Both the position numbers and the translations under genes were made by a program. This document shows, in pieces, positions 45,073 to 54,288 of a DNA stretch of 64,000 nucleotides (positions are counted from its first letter, which is position 1; each line of letters opens with the position of its first letter). The notes below the pieces were generated by a model. The model had not been told where the DNA came from. It worked only from the letters and a program-made list of their open reading frames with translations, and made no database searches. Origin of the DNA: Gemmatimonadota bacterium (GTDB lineage Bacteria > Gemmatimonadota > Gemmatimonadetes > Palauibacterales > Palauibacteraceae); assembly GCA_035267645.1 (NCBI GenBank), contig DATFLN010000086.1:2181-66180 (forward strand), read 5' to 3'.

Positions 45073-45932
45073 GGCCCGCCCGCCCGGAGCTCGATCGTGC
45101 CTCCGGCCGTGTCCGAGCGAGAGGCCAGGACCCGGAGCTCGCCGCCGCGCTTCACGACCGCCGGGCGGCCGCCGAGCTCCACGCTCGCCGACGCCACCGA
45201 TCGAGGCAGCTCGACGGTCACCGGAGCGCCGGTCCCGCCCGAGACGTCCACGAACCCGTCGCCCGCCCGGAACGAGGCGCCCGGGGCGCGCACGCGCGCC
45301 TCGTCGGCATCCGCGAGGCTCACCCGGACGAGGGTCCCGGGCGCGAGCCCCCGGAGCCGCACGGTCACCTCGCCCGCGGCCGGGCGGACCGACACCTCGG
45401 GGGCGGGAGCCTCGCCGGCGGCGGCCGCGTCCGGGCCGGCGGCCGTGGCGACGGCCGCGTCCGCCCGGCCCGCGATCCGCCCGAGCGCGTCCTCGACCCA
45501 GGACCGGACGGGCGACCCGGGAAGGGCCGCCACGGCCCCCGCGGTCAGGAGGAGCACGAGGACGGCGGCCCACGCCGGAGCGCGCCGGGTCGCGGCGCCG
45601 AAGCCCGTCCGCCCGGCCGGGCCGGAACGCCCGGCGGCGACTCCGGCCGGCCCCGCGCCCGTGCCGCGCCGGCCGCCGGGGCCGCCCGGCCCGATCGCCG
45701 GCACCCGTCCGTCGGCCTCCAGCATGGCCAGGCCCTCCGCCAGCTGGTCGGAGGCGCGCCGGAGATCGGCCAGCCGCGCCTCGCAGAACCGGCAGGCGCC
45801 CAGGTGCCGCTCGACCTCCTCCCGCGCGGAGGGGGGCGCCTCCCCGTCCAGGTAGGCCAGGAGCGCCCCCTCGTCCGGGTGCCCCGACGGGTTCCCGCCG
45901 GTGACGCTCGCCCGGCCGTTCGCGCCGCTCAT
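45069..45932 (-). CDS. Zinc-finger (zf-HC2) anti-sigma factor with TM and periplasmic domain
   Basis: HPDEGALLAYLDGE...HLGACRFC (HxxxCxxC); one TM segment. Confidence 0.85.
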   Translation of the reverse strand: MSGANGRASVTGGNPSGHPDEGALLAYLDGEAPPSAREEVERHLGACRFCEARLADLRRASDQLAEGLAMLEADGRVPAIGPGGPGGRRGTGAGPAGVAAGRSGPAGRTGFGAATRRAPAWAAVLVLLLTAGAVAALPGSPVRSWVEDALGRIAGRADAAVATAAGPDAAAAGEAPAPEVSVRPAAGEVTVRLRGLAPGTLVRVSLADADEARVRAPGASFRAGDGFVDVSGGTGAPVTVELPRSVASASVELGGRPAVVKRGGELRVLASRSDTAGGTIELRAGGP

Positions 45933-45978
45933 CGCCCGTCCCTCACGCCGACCGCGGCCGCGCCGCTCATCGCCCGTC
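45921..45978. repeat. 20-bp direct repeat (38-bp period) duplicating the sigma/anti-sigma stop-start junction
   Basis: cgcgccgctcatcgcccgtc at 45921-45940 and 45959-45978. Confidence 0.85.
45929..45970 (-). CDS. 13-codon mini-ORF MSGAAAVGVRDGR coupled at both ends
   Basis: ATGA overlap with sigma stop (45967-45970) and ATGA overlap with anti-sigma start (45929-45932). Confidence 0.4.
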   Translation of the reverse strand: MSGAAAVGVRDGR

Positions 45979-46497
45979 TCCCTCCGCGTCCGGACTCCCG
46001 TCCGGGAGGCGGACGTGGGAGGCGTCGCGGTAGGCGTCCTCGAACCTGCGGAGGGCGCGGGCCAGGAGCGTGCCCACCGAGCTCGCCGCCACGTCCACCT
46101 CCTCGGCGATCTCGGCGTAGGCATAGCCGCGCTCGCGCATGAGGAGCATGGTCCGATCGCGCTCGGCCAGCCGGTCCAGGGCCCGGCGGACGGCGGCCAC
46201 GCGCTCGCGGCGCTCGAGGGCCGCGTCCGGGGTCTCGGGCGGCGCGGGCCCGACCGCGCTCTCCTCCAGGAGACGCGTCCGCCGGCCCCGGGTCCTGGCC
46301 TCGTCGCGCACCACGTTGAGGGCGACCCGGAACAGCCAGCTCCGGACCTTGTCCTCGGGGACGGCGTGCTCGAGCAGCCGCGCGAAGGCCTCCTGGGCCA
46401 CGTCCTCGGCGCGGTCCCGGTCGCCGGTCAGGCGGTAGGCGTAGCGGACCAGGGCACGGTGGTGCTCGGCGAACTCCTGCGCGTACTCCACGGTCAC
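45967..46497 (-). CDS. ECF RNA polymerase sigma factor
   Basis: AEDVAQEAFARL...SWLFRVALNVVRD...GYAYAEIAEEVDVAASSVGTLLARALRRF; GTG after GGAGG. Confidence 0.9.
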   Translation of the reverse strand: MTVEYAQEFAEHHRALVRYAYRLTGDRDRAEDVAQEAFARLLEHAVPEDKVRSWLFRVALNVVRDEARTRGRRTRLLEESAVGPAPPETPDAALERRERVAAVRRALDRLAERDRTMLLMRERGYAYAEIAEEVDVAASSVGTLLARALRRFEDAYRDASHVRLPDGSPDAEGDGR

Positions 46498-46577
46498 CGG
46501 CCCTCCGCTGGTCGGCCCGTCGGCGAAGCTCGCGGGGGGTGGGGCGGACTCGATTGCGGCGCCGCGCGGGCCGTAGG

Positions 46578-46606
46578 TGTCACACAAGGAACACGGAAAA
46601 CGTTAT
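46578..46606 (+). promoter_or_regulatory. ECF-type promoter candidate facing the serpin gene
   Basis: TGTCACA-N16-CGTTAT resembles the ECF41-type TGTCACA-N16-CGTC consensus. Confidence 0.45.
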
Positions 46607-46692
46607 TCGGGCGAGTGCACGGGGGCAACGAGAGGAGCCCCCGGAAAGCCCGGACGCCCCGCACGTCCACGCACGCCACTCCGGAGGCCCGC

Positions 46693-47976
46693 ATGAGACA
46701 GCCCCGTCCGATGCCCGCCAGGACCCTCGCCCGCATCGCGACCATCGTCCTCGTCCTCGGCGGTGTGGCCGCCTGCTCGCTCGGGACCGAGCCCGGGCCG
46801 CCCGAGCCCATCACCTCGCTCCCCCGGGACCTCTCGCCCCTCGAGAAGGACGTCGTCTCGGCCACCGGGACCTTCGGGGTCGGACTCCTGTCGCGCGTGA
46901 GCCGCGCGGACCCCGACTCCGACATCTTCCTGTCGCCGCTGAGCGCCCACGTGGCCCTCGGGATGGCGCTGGACGGGGCCGACGGGTCGACCTTCGACGC
47001 GATGCGGGGGGCGCTGGCCCTCGGGGACGCATCCCCCGCGCAGATCGACAGCGCGTACGCCTCGCTGATCGACCTCCTGGAGGGGCTGGATCCGAGCATC
47101 GAGTTCAGCCTGGCCAACTCGCTCTGGTACGACGAGAGCTACCCCTTCCTCCCCTCCTACAAGTCTCGGGTCGCCCGGTGGTTCCGCGCCGAGGTCGAGG
47201 GCACGGACTTCTCGGACCCGGCCACGGTCGATGCGATCAACGCCTGGGTGAAAGACGCCACGAACGGGAAGATCGAGACGCTCGTGGACCGGCTCCGCCG
47301 CGACGAGATCGCCTTCCTGGTGAACGCCGTCTACTTCCTGGGCGACTGGACCGAGCGGTTCGACCCCGCGGAGACCTCGCAGCAGCCCTTCCACCTGGAG
47401 GACGGGACGACCGAGCCCGTGCAGCTCATGCACGGGGAGGGCGAATACCGCCATGGCCGGGGCGACGACTTCACGGCCATCGACCTCCCGTACGGCGGGG
47501 GCGCCTTCGTCATGACCGTCGTGCTCCCGGACCGGGGGGTGCCGATCGACAGCTTCGCGGCGGGGCTCGACGCCGAGAAGTGGAAGGAGGTCCTGGGCGC
47601 GGTGGACGGCGGGGAGTCGGAGGTCTCGGTGTATCTGCCCAGGTTCCGGATGGCCTGGTCGCGGGGGCTCGGGGACGTCCTCTCCGACATGGGGATGGGG
47701 ATCGCCTTCGACCCGGCCGCGGCGGACTTCGGGCGGATGGCGGACCTGGACGCGATCGCCGGGAACGTCTACCTGACCCGGGTCGTGCAGAAGGCCTTCG
47801 TGCGCGTGGACGAGGAGGGAACGGAGGCCGCGGCCGCCACCGGCGTGGGCGTGGGCGTCACCTCCCTCCCGGCAGCGATCCGGGTGGACCGCCCGTTCGT
47901 GTTCGCCATCCGGGAGCGGCTCTCGGGCGCGATGCTCTTCCTGGGGAAGTTCGAGCGGCCGCCGACGGAGGGGTGA
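46693..47976 (+). CDS. Serpin (serine protease inhibitor) lipoprotein
   Basis: Lipobox VAAC; FLSPLS, NAWVKDATNGKI, LVNAVYF.G.W...F, LPRF, VDEEGTEAAAAT hinge, VDRPFVFAI...LFLG. Confidence 0.95.
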   Translation: MRQPRPMPARTLARIATIVLVLGGVAACSLGTEPGPPEPITSLPRDLSPLEKDVVSATGTFGVGLLSRVSRADPDSDIFLSPLSAHVALGMALDGADGSTFDAMRGALALGDASPAQIDSAYASLIDLLEGLDPSIEFSLANSLWYDESYPFLPSYKSRVARWFRAEVEGTDFSDPATVDAINAWVKDATNGKIETLVDRLRRDEIAFLVNAVYFLGDWTERFDPAETSQQPFHLEDGTTEPVQLMHGEGEYRHGRGDDFTAIDLPYGGGAFVMTVVLPDRGVPIDSFAAGLDAEKWKEVLGAVDGGESEVSVYLPRFRMAWSRGLGDVLSDMGMGIAFDPAAADFGRMADLDAIAGNVYLTRVVQKAFVRVDEEGTEAAAATGVGVGVTSLPAAIRVDRPFVFAIRERLSGAMLFLGKFERPPTEG

Positions 47977-48092
47977 GGGCTCGGTCGGCGGCCCAGCACG
48001 CGGCACGGGAGGAGACACCTTCGACGCACGCCCGCCATGCGAAGGGTGGAACCCCGGCCCTCGTGCTCTCACGGCCCGCTCCGGGGTAGGTT

Positions 48093-51086
48093 GTGAGTGC
48101 GCCGCGCTCCGACCGCGAGCGCCACACCGCACCCTCCACCGGAGCCCCAATCGTGGACCGAAGGACATCCAGGAAGATCGTACTCGGAGCGGCGGCGTTC
48201 CTCGCGCTGGTGGTCGTGCTGCTGGCCGTCGTGCCGCTCCTCTTCCGGGGGAAGGTCGAGGAGAGGACCCGCCGGGCCGCGACCGAGGCCGTCGAGGCGC
48301 GCGTGGAGTGGGGGAGCGCCGGCCTCTCCCTCCTCCGCCACTTCCCGAACCCGGCCCTCCGCGTGGGAGACCTCACCGTCACGGGGATCGGGCCGTTCGA
48401 GGGCGACACCCTCGCCGCCGTCGGGCGTCTGGACGTGGTCCTCGACCTGGGGAGCCTGTGGGGGGCCTGGCGCCACGGGGCGCCGGTCGTCGTGCGCTCG
48501 GTCGTGGTCGACGAGCCGACGCTCCACCTGGTCCGCACGGCGGAGGGCGCGGCCAGCTGGGACATCGGGAAGAAGACGGAGGCGGAAGGCGAGACGCCGG
48601 CGGCCGGCGGGGGCGAAGCGCGCGGGCTGAGCCTCGGTCTCCGGAGCCTGGAGATCCACGACGGCGACATCGCGTTCTCGGACCGCGCGAAGCGGCTCGA
48701 GGTCTCGATGGTCGGGCTGGAGGAGGCGCTGAGCGGCGACCTCTCCCGGGACTCGGTGGTCCTGCGCACCAGGACTAGGGCCGACGCGGTCTCGGCGAGC
48801 TTCGGGGGGCTCCCCTACCTGCGCCGGAGCCCCCTGGACCTCACGGCGGACGTCCGGGCCGACCTGGCCCGGAAGAGGTTCGCGCTCGGCGACAACGAGC
48901 TCCGGCTCGGGGACCTCGCGCTCGACGTCTCGGGCTCGGTGAGCGCCGCGGAGGGCGACCGCTCCGTGGACCTCTCCTTCAGCGCTCCCGAGACCGACAT
49001 CCGCGGCCTCCTGTCGCTCGTCCCCGGCCTCCTCACGAAGGACTTCGCCTCGGTGGAGACGGCGGGCACCATGTCGCTCTCGGGACGGGTGCGGGGGAGC
49101 TGGGGCGGGGGGGCCTTCCCCGGCTTCGACGTGCAGGCGGCGGTCCGGGACGGCCGCTTCCAGTATCCCGACCTCCCCCTCCCTGCCCGAGACCTGGCGC
49201 TCGACATCCGGGCTTCGAATCCCGGCGGCGACCTGGACCGGACCGTCGTGAGGCTGGACACCCTGCACGCCGTGATCGGCGACGATCCGGTCGACGCCTC
49301 GCTGACGCTGCGGACGCCCATCTCGGACCCCGACGTGGACCTCAAGGTGGCCGGCACGCTGGACCTGGCGGCCCTGCGGCGGACGGTGCCGATGGAGGGC
49401 GTCCAGGAGCTGACGGGCACGGTCTCGGCCGACGCCGCGCTCCGGACGCGGCGGTCCTGGGTCCGCAGCCGCCAGTACGACCGCATCACGGCCCGCGGGG
49501 GAGCGGAGGCCCACGACGTCGCGCTCCGGGCCGAGGCCCTGCCGCACGCCGTCGCGGTCCAGGAGGCCAGGCTCCGGCTCACCCCGGAGCGGGCCGAGCT
49601 CACCACCTTCCGGGGTAGCGTCGGGAGCAGCGACCTCCGGATGTCGGGGACGCTGGCCAACCTCGTGGGCTTCCTCCTGCGCGACCAGGACCTGGCCGGG
49701 CAGGCCACGCTGGAGAGCCGGCACTTCGACCTGGACGAATGGCGCTCGCGGGAGGACACGCTGCGCGTGATCCCCGTGCCCCGCGGCGTCGACTTCACGC
49801 TGAGCACGAGCATCGACACCCTCTCCTACGGGGCCCTGGGGATGACCGGCGCGCGCGGGAAGGTCGTGGTCAGGGACCGGCGGATCACGCTCGAGGGCTT
49901 CCGCGCCGACCTCCTGGGAGGGCGCGCGACCGCCTCCGGCTTCTACCAGACCACCGACGTGACGCGCCCGACCTTCGACGCCGCGCTCCGGCTGGACAGC
50001 CTGGACATCCAGGCGGCCTCGGAGAAGCTGGCCACGGTGCGGGCCCTGGCGCCCGTGGCCCGGTGGGCGCGGGGCCGCTTCTCGTCCGACCTCAGCCTCT
50101 CCGGCGCCTTCGGGCCGGACATGCTGCCCCGCTTCGGCACCCTCTCCGGCCGGGGGTCGCTCCAGACCACGCGCCTGTCGCTGGAGGGCTTTCCTCCGCT
50201 CCAGCGGGTGGCCGAAGCGCTGAAGATCCCCGCGCTCGCCAGCCCGTCGCTCGCCCCCGTGCGCGCGTCCTTCGACATCGCGGATGGGCGCATGAAGCTG
50301 AGCCCGTTCACGGTGGGCGCCGGGGACTTCGCCATGACCGTGTCGGGCTCCAACGGCGTGGACGGTTCCCTCCAGTACGGGGTCCAGCTCCAGGCGCCGC
50401 CGACGGCCCTGGGCGAGGCCGCGCGGCGGACCGTGTCGGGCCTCCTCGAGAAGGCGGGCCGGAGCGGCGTGGACCTCGGCTCCGTCGGCGCCGTCCAGAT
50501 CGGAATCCAGCTCGCCGGCACCGTGACCGATCCGACGGTCCGGACCGACCTGGGCAGCACCCTCGAGTCGGCGGGCGGCGGCGTGAAGCAGGCGCTGCAG
50601 GGCCAGGCGGAGGCAGCGGGGGCGAAGGCGCTGCAGGGCGCGGGCGCGGCGGCCGAGAGCGCGCGGACCGGGGCGGAGCGGCGCGTGGCCGGGGCCACGG
50701 AGGAGGCGCGGGCGCGTGCCCGCAGCATCCTGCAGGCGGCGCAGGAGCGCGCCGACTCGGTCCGCTCCGCCGCGCGGGGCCTCGCGGAGAAGGTGCGGGC
50801 CGAGGCGCGCGACCGGGCCGACTCCCTGGTGGCGAACGCGCAGGGTCCCGTGGCCAAGGCGGCCGCCCGGGTGGCGGCGAACCAGCTCCGCCAGCAGGCG
50901 GACACCCAGGCCGACCGGATCGTGCGGGAGGCCGACCGGCGGGCGGATGCCATCATGGCCGCGGCCCGGGCGCGGGCCGACTCGATCGCGCCGGGGGTCG
51001 CCGCGCCGCCGCCGGACTCGGGCGCCTCGCCCGATTCGACCGGGCCGCCCGGCTCTACCGCTTCGTCCGACTCCGGTGGCGGCTGA
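48093..51086 (+). CDS. asmA: AsmA family outer-membrane assembly/lipid-transfer protein
   Basis: N-terminal TM anchor, long beta-taco-like repeats, GSNGVDGSLQY, C-terminal helical AxxxADxI repeats. Confidence 0.85.
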   Translation: MSAPRSDRERHTAPSTGAPIVDRRTSRKIVLGAAAFLALVVVLLAVVPLLFRGKVEERTRRAATEAVEARVEWGSAGLSLLRHFPNPALRVGDLTVTGIGPFEGDTLAAVGRLDVVLDLGSLWGAWRHGAPVVVRSVVVDEPTLHLVRTAEGAASWDIGKKTEAEGETPAAGGGEARGLSLGLRSLEIHDGDIAFSDRAKRLEVSMVGLEEALSGDLSRDSVVLRTRTRADAVSASFGGLPYLRRSPLDLTADVRADLARKRFALGDNELRLGDLALDVSGSVSAAEGDRSVDLSFSAPETDIRGLLSLVPGLLTKDFASVETAGTMSLSGRVRGSWGGGAFPGFDVQAAVRDGRFQYPDLPLPARDLALDIRASNPGGDLDRTVVRLDTLHAVIGDDPVDASLTLRTPISDPDVDLKVAGTLDLAALRRTVPMEGVQELTGTVSADAALRTRRSWVRSRQYDRITARGGAEAHDVALRAEALPHAVAVQEARLRLTPERAELTTFRGSVGSSDLRMSGTLANLVGFLLRDQDLAGQATLESRHFDLDEWRSREDTLRVIPVPRGVDFTLSTSIDTLSYGALGMTGARGKVVVRDRRITLEGFRADLLGGRATASGFYQTTDVTRPTFDAALRLDSLDIQAASEKLATVRALAPVARWARGRFSSDLSLSGAFGPDMLPRFGTLSGRGSLQTTRLSLEGFPPLQRVAEALKIPALASPSLAPVRASFDIADGRMKLSPFTVGAGDFAMTVSGSNGVDGSLQYGVQLQAPPTALGEAARRTVSGLLEKAGRSGVDLGSVGAVQIGIQLAGTVTDPTVRTDLGSTLESAGGGVKQALQGQAEAAGAKALQGAGAAAESARTGAERRVAGATEEARARARSILQAAQERADSVRSAARGLAEKVRAEARDRADSLVANAQGPVAKAAARVAANQLRQQADTQADRIVREADRRADAIMAAARARADSIAPGVAAPPPDSGASPDSTGPPGSTASSDSGGG

Positions 51087-51732
51087 CGACGGCTCGGTGC
51101 CGGTCCACCCACCAGCTCCAGGGGACGAACAGCCACAGGCCGAGGCTCGAGAGGGCCAGGGCACGGGGGCTCGGCGGCGGAGGGCCGAGCGCGGCGGCGA
51201 GGAAGAAGAGGACGAGTACCGCGACCATGGACCACAGACCCCAGCTCCCGATCCGGTCCGCGGCCCGGGTGGTGCGGAGGTAGATCAGGAGACCGCCGCC
51301 GAAGATCAGCGCCTCGAGCACCATCGAGAGGCCGACCCGGCTCCACAGCCCGAGTCCCACGAGGGGGCCGCCGCCCGGCCACAGCGGCAGGTCGGGCCGG
51401 TGCACGAGGACATCCAGGAACCAGTGGCTGAGAACCGCCGCCCCCACGACCCATGCGCCCCGGCGGTCGCGCCGCACGACCAGGTATGCGAGCCCGATGA
51501 GGAGCGCCCACACGATCGCCATGACGAGGCTGTGGGAGATCGGATAGCTCACGAAGTCCAGCGGATTCGCCGCCGTGAGGCCGGGCACGATCCTAACCTG
51601 CTCCACGCCCAGGAGGAGCAGGACGGGCCATAGCTCGTCCAGGAACTGCGCCGCGAAGGTGAGGGTGCCGAGCGACGTCCGCGGCGCGGCCCGCTTGGTC
51701 CCGAACGCCACGCCGTAGTGTCCCAGGAACAC
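51055..51732 (-). CDS. Membrane-bound metal-dependent hydrolase-like protein (YdjM-like)
   Basis: FLGHY...FLDELWP...YPISHSL...SHWFLDVLVH..DLPL. Confidence 0.8.
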   Translation of the reverse strand: MFLGHYGVAFGTKRAAPRTSLGTLTFAAQFLDELWPVLLLLGVEQVRIVPGLTAANPLDFVSYPISHSLVMAIVWALLIGLAYLVVRRDRRGAWVVGAAVLSHWFLDVLVHRPDLPLWPGGGPLVGLGLWSRVGLSMVLEALIFGGGLLIYLRTTRAADRIGSWGLWSMVAVLVLFFLAAALGPPPPSPRALALSSLGLWLFVPWSWWVDRHRAVVSRHRSRTKR

Positions 51733-51870
51733 CTGCGTCTCCTCTGCCGAAGGTCGGTCGCGGCCTCACGTGCTACCCTGCGAGAGAGCAGGGACGGCCG
51801 CCCGACATGGTCCGCCGGGGAGTGCCCTCCCGCAACGGGGCGGGGGTTCGCAGCCGTTGCGGCGGCCGCG

Positions 51871-53319
51871 CTATTCCCGGGCGCTCTCGGCTCCCTCCAG
51901 GAGCAGGGCGGCCAGGCTCTCCGCCTGCTTCCGGATCTCGGGGACGGCCAGGACTTCCCACAGCAGCCCCTTCATCGGCGAGCCGACGGTGAAGAGGACG
52001 CCGGAGGCCTCGCCGTCGGCGCCCACCACCGCGCCGTTCGGCCGCGCGTCCATCCCGAGACGGGCGGGACCCGGCCGGACGAGTCCCCGGCGGAGCAGGT
52101 TCCTCATCAGGGGGTCCCCGACGCGGCCGTAGTCCATTTCCGGGCCGATGCAGTTGACCACGAGCTCCGCGGCCGCGACCGCCTCGCCCGAGCCTCGCCG
52201 GGGCGTGTAGCGAACCTCGATCCGGTCGTCGGCGTCGACCACGTCCCGGACGCGGCCGGCGAGGATCCGCAGCCGGCCCGAGTCCAGCACGGGCTGGAGG
52301 CGTGCCTCGCACCGGGGCGGAATCCGGCTCCGGATCCGCTCCCAGTAGCGGAAGACGTGACGCATGAAGCGCCGCTTCTCCGCCTCCGGGAGCCCCGACC
52401 ACAGCTCCTGCGTGTGGGGCCGGAGAGCGTCGATGACCGCCCTCGGATCGATTCCGTCCGCAGCGGCGCGGGCGACGTGCTCGCGAACGGCTCCGAACAG
52501 CCGCCGCAGGCTGGTCGGATCCTCCAGCTCCGCGATGAACGACGGGTACGACTCTCCGTCGCGGTGGGCCATCGGCAGGAGCCCGCGCCTGGAGATCGCG
52601 GTCATCGGACCCCGGTGGCCCCGGCGCTCCAGCCCGAGCACGAGGTCGATCATCGTCTGGCCCGTGCCCACGAACAGCAGGGACTTTCGCTCCGCGAGCT
52701 CGTCGAGGACCTCCGGCCGCCACGGGTTCCGGACGTACCGCTCGCTTCCGAGCACGGCGCGGTCTCGGACCGGCGGGTGGCGCGGCGGAAAGTTGCCGAG
52801 CGCGAGCACCACGCGGTCGGCTGCCGTGCGGCGGCCGTCGGCGAGGCGGAGCGTAGCGCGGGCTCCGGAAAGCTCGAGGTCGACCACGTCCGCCCGCACC
52901 TCCTCGAAGTCGAGGTCGGCCGTCCGGTCGCGCTCGGCCTCGTCAAAGAGGTCGAACACGTACTCCCGGTACAGCCAGCGGGGCAGGAAGTCGCCGGGCC
53001 CCGCGCCGCCGCGCCGCGCGGCCGCCCACCTCCGGAACCCGTCCTCGTCGTCCGACGAGGCGCCCATGATGCCGGCGGGCACGTTGAGGAGGAGGGCCTC
53101 CGAATCGATCGAATACGCCGGGCCCATCGCGCCCGGCTCGCCCCGGTCGATGAGGCGGATCCGCGCTCCGCAGCCGGCCGGTGCGCGGCGGAGGAGGTTC
53201 AGCGCGACCAGGCGTCCGGAGAGACCCGCTCCGACGATCGCGATCCGGCGGTCGGTCGGCGGTCGGGCCGCGAGTGGCGGCCCGTTCGGATGCGGCGCCC
53301 GTCGTGCCGGCGGGCTCAA
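51871..53319 (-). CDS. FAD/NAD(P)-binding protein (FAD-NAD-binding_9 type)
   Basis: IVGAGLSG, GPAYS...LLNVPAG.M, FLPRWLY..Y, LALGN, GTGQTMID, VNCIGP, WEVLAVPEI. Confidence 0.85.
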   Translation of the reverse strand: MSPPARRAPHPNGPPLAARPPTDRRIAIVGAGLSGRLVALNLLRRAPAGCGARIRLIDRGEPGAMGPAYSIDSEALLLNVPAGIMGASSDDEDGFRRWAAARRGGAGPGDFLPRWLYREYVFDLFDEAERDRTADLDFEEVRADVVDLELSGARATLRLADGRRTAADRVVLALGNFPPRHPPVRDRAVLGSERYVRNPWRPEVLDELAERKSLLFVGTGQTMIDLVLGLERRGHRGPMTAISRRGLLPMAHRDGESYPSFIAELEDPTSLRRLFGAVREHVARAAADGIDPRAVIDALRPHTQELWSGLPEAEKRRFMRHVFRYWERIRSRIPPRCEARLQPVLDSGRLRILAGRVRDVVDADDRIEVRYTPRRGSGEAVAAAELVVNCIGPEMDYGRVGDPLMRNLLRRGLVRPGPARLGMDARPNGAVVGADGEASGVLFTVGSPMKGLLWEVLAVPEIRKQAESLAALLLEGAESARE

Positions 53320-53536
53320 GCGTCCTCCGTTCGCTCGAGGGAAGGTGTGAGATCGCGGGCTTTTCCAATATCACCCAGACCCGGTCTCGAGTGACAGGCA
53401 TTCCAGCGCGGACGACGGGCCGGCCACGCGTCCGGGAGCCGAGCGCCCCGCCCCGCTCGCCTCCGCGACCGCCGGTCGGGACGGGCTCCCGACGGACCGT
53501 CCGATCCTGCCAGCAATGCAAAGTAAGATCATTCTA

Positions 53537-53564
53537 TTGACAAGAGTTTATAATAGCGTATACT
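53537..53564 (+). promoter_or_regulatory. Sigma70 promoter (leaderless) with imperfect palindrome
   Basis: TTGACA-N16-TATACT; CTATT...AATAG arms at 53534-53556; GTG 6 bp after -10. Confidence 0.7.
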
Positions 53565-53570
53565 TGGCGT

Positions 53571-54275
53571 GTGACGACCGAAACGGGACAGGTGGAACGG
53601 GCGGCCCGGCGCGCCATCGGCCTCGCCAGGCGCCGCGGCGACGACGAGGTGAGCGCGGGCGACCTCCTGGTCGGAGCGCTGGCCGAGATCAGCCGCTTCG
53701 ACGTCGCCTGGATCGGGGACCGGCCCGTCGACCTGCGCGCACTCTGCATCACCGACGTGGCGGCGCCAGGCGGGAACGGGACCGGCCCGACCTCCGCCTC
53801 TCCCGCCTACGGGCAGGGCGCCGTCGAGCTGTTCGAACGGGCCGCCGGTCTGGCACGGCTGGACGGGTCCGGCAGCACGGGACTCGTCCACCTCCTGGCG
53901 GCGTTCGCGGACCTTTCGACGCCGCTCCGGGACCGGCTCTTCGACGAGATGGGGTTCTCGGCCGCGGAGTGGCGGGCGGAGCTGGCGCGCGGGGTCGTCG
54001 GGGCGCCGCCGCGGCTGGCCGGCGAGGCCGCGACGACGGCGGCCACCGGCCCGGGCGGACCCGAGATCCTGGGCGTGGAGGACGCCGCCGACTACCTGGA
54101 CGTGCACCCGCAGACCGTTCGAAACTACATCCGGAGCGGAAAGCTCCCGGCCTACCGCCTGGCCGGGGAGCGCTTCCTCAGGGTCCTGCGCAAGGACCTC
54201 CTGGCCCTCCTCGAGCGCGTCCAGCCCGACGGCGCGGACGCATCGGAGGAGGTCCCTTCACCCTCCACCTCCTGA
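53571..54275 (+). CDS. Clp N-terminal-domain / excisionase-type HTH (HTH_17) fusion
   Basis: Two degenerate Clp-N repeats (ARRRGDDEVSAGDLLVGAL; AVELFERAAGLARLDG...GLVHLLAAF); C-terminal LGVEDAADYLDVHPQTVRNYIRSGKLPAYR. Confidence 0.78.
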   Translation: MTTETGQVERAARRAIGLARRRGDDEVSAGDLLVGALAEISRFDVAWIGDRPVDLRALCITDVAAPGGNGTGPTSASPAYGQGAVELFERAAGLARLDGSGSTGLVHLLAAFADLSTPLRDRLFDEMGFSAAEWRAELARGVVGAPPRLAGEAATTAATGPGGPEILGVEDAADYLDVHPQTVRNYIRSGKLPAYRLAGERFLRVLRKDLLALLERVQPDGADASEEVPSPSTS

Positions 54276-54288
54276 GAGGAGGCTTCCC

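Noticed and set aside
48069-51164. 1031-aa antisense ORF over asmA (and similar long Arg/Pro/Gly-rich ORFs elsewhere)
   Set aside because: Low-complexity shadow frames expected from stop-codon scarcity at very high GC; no motifs
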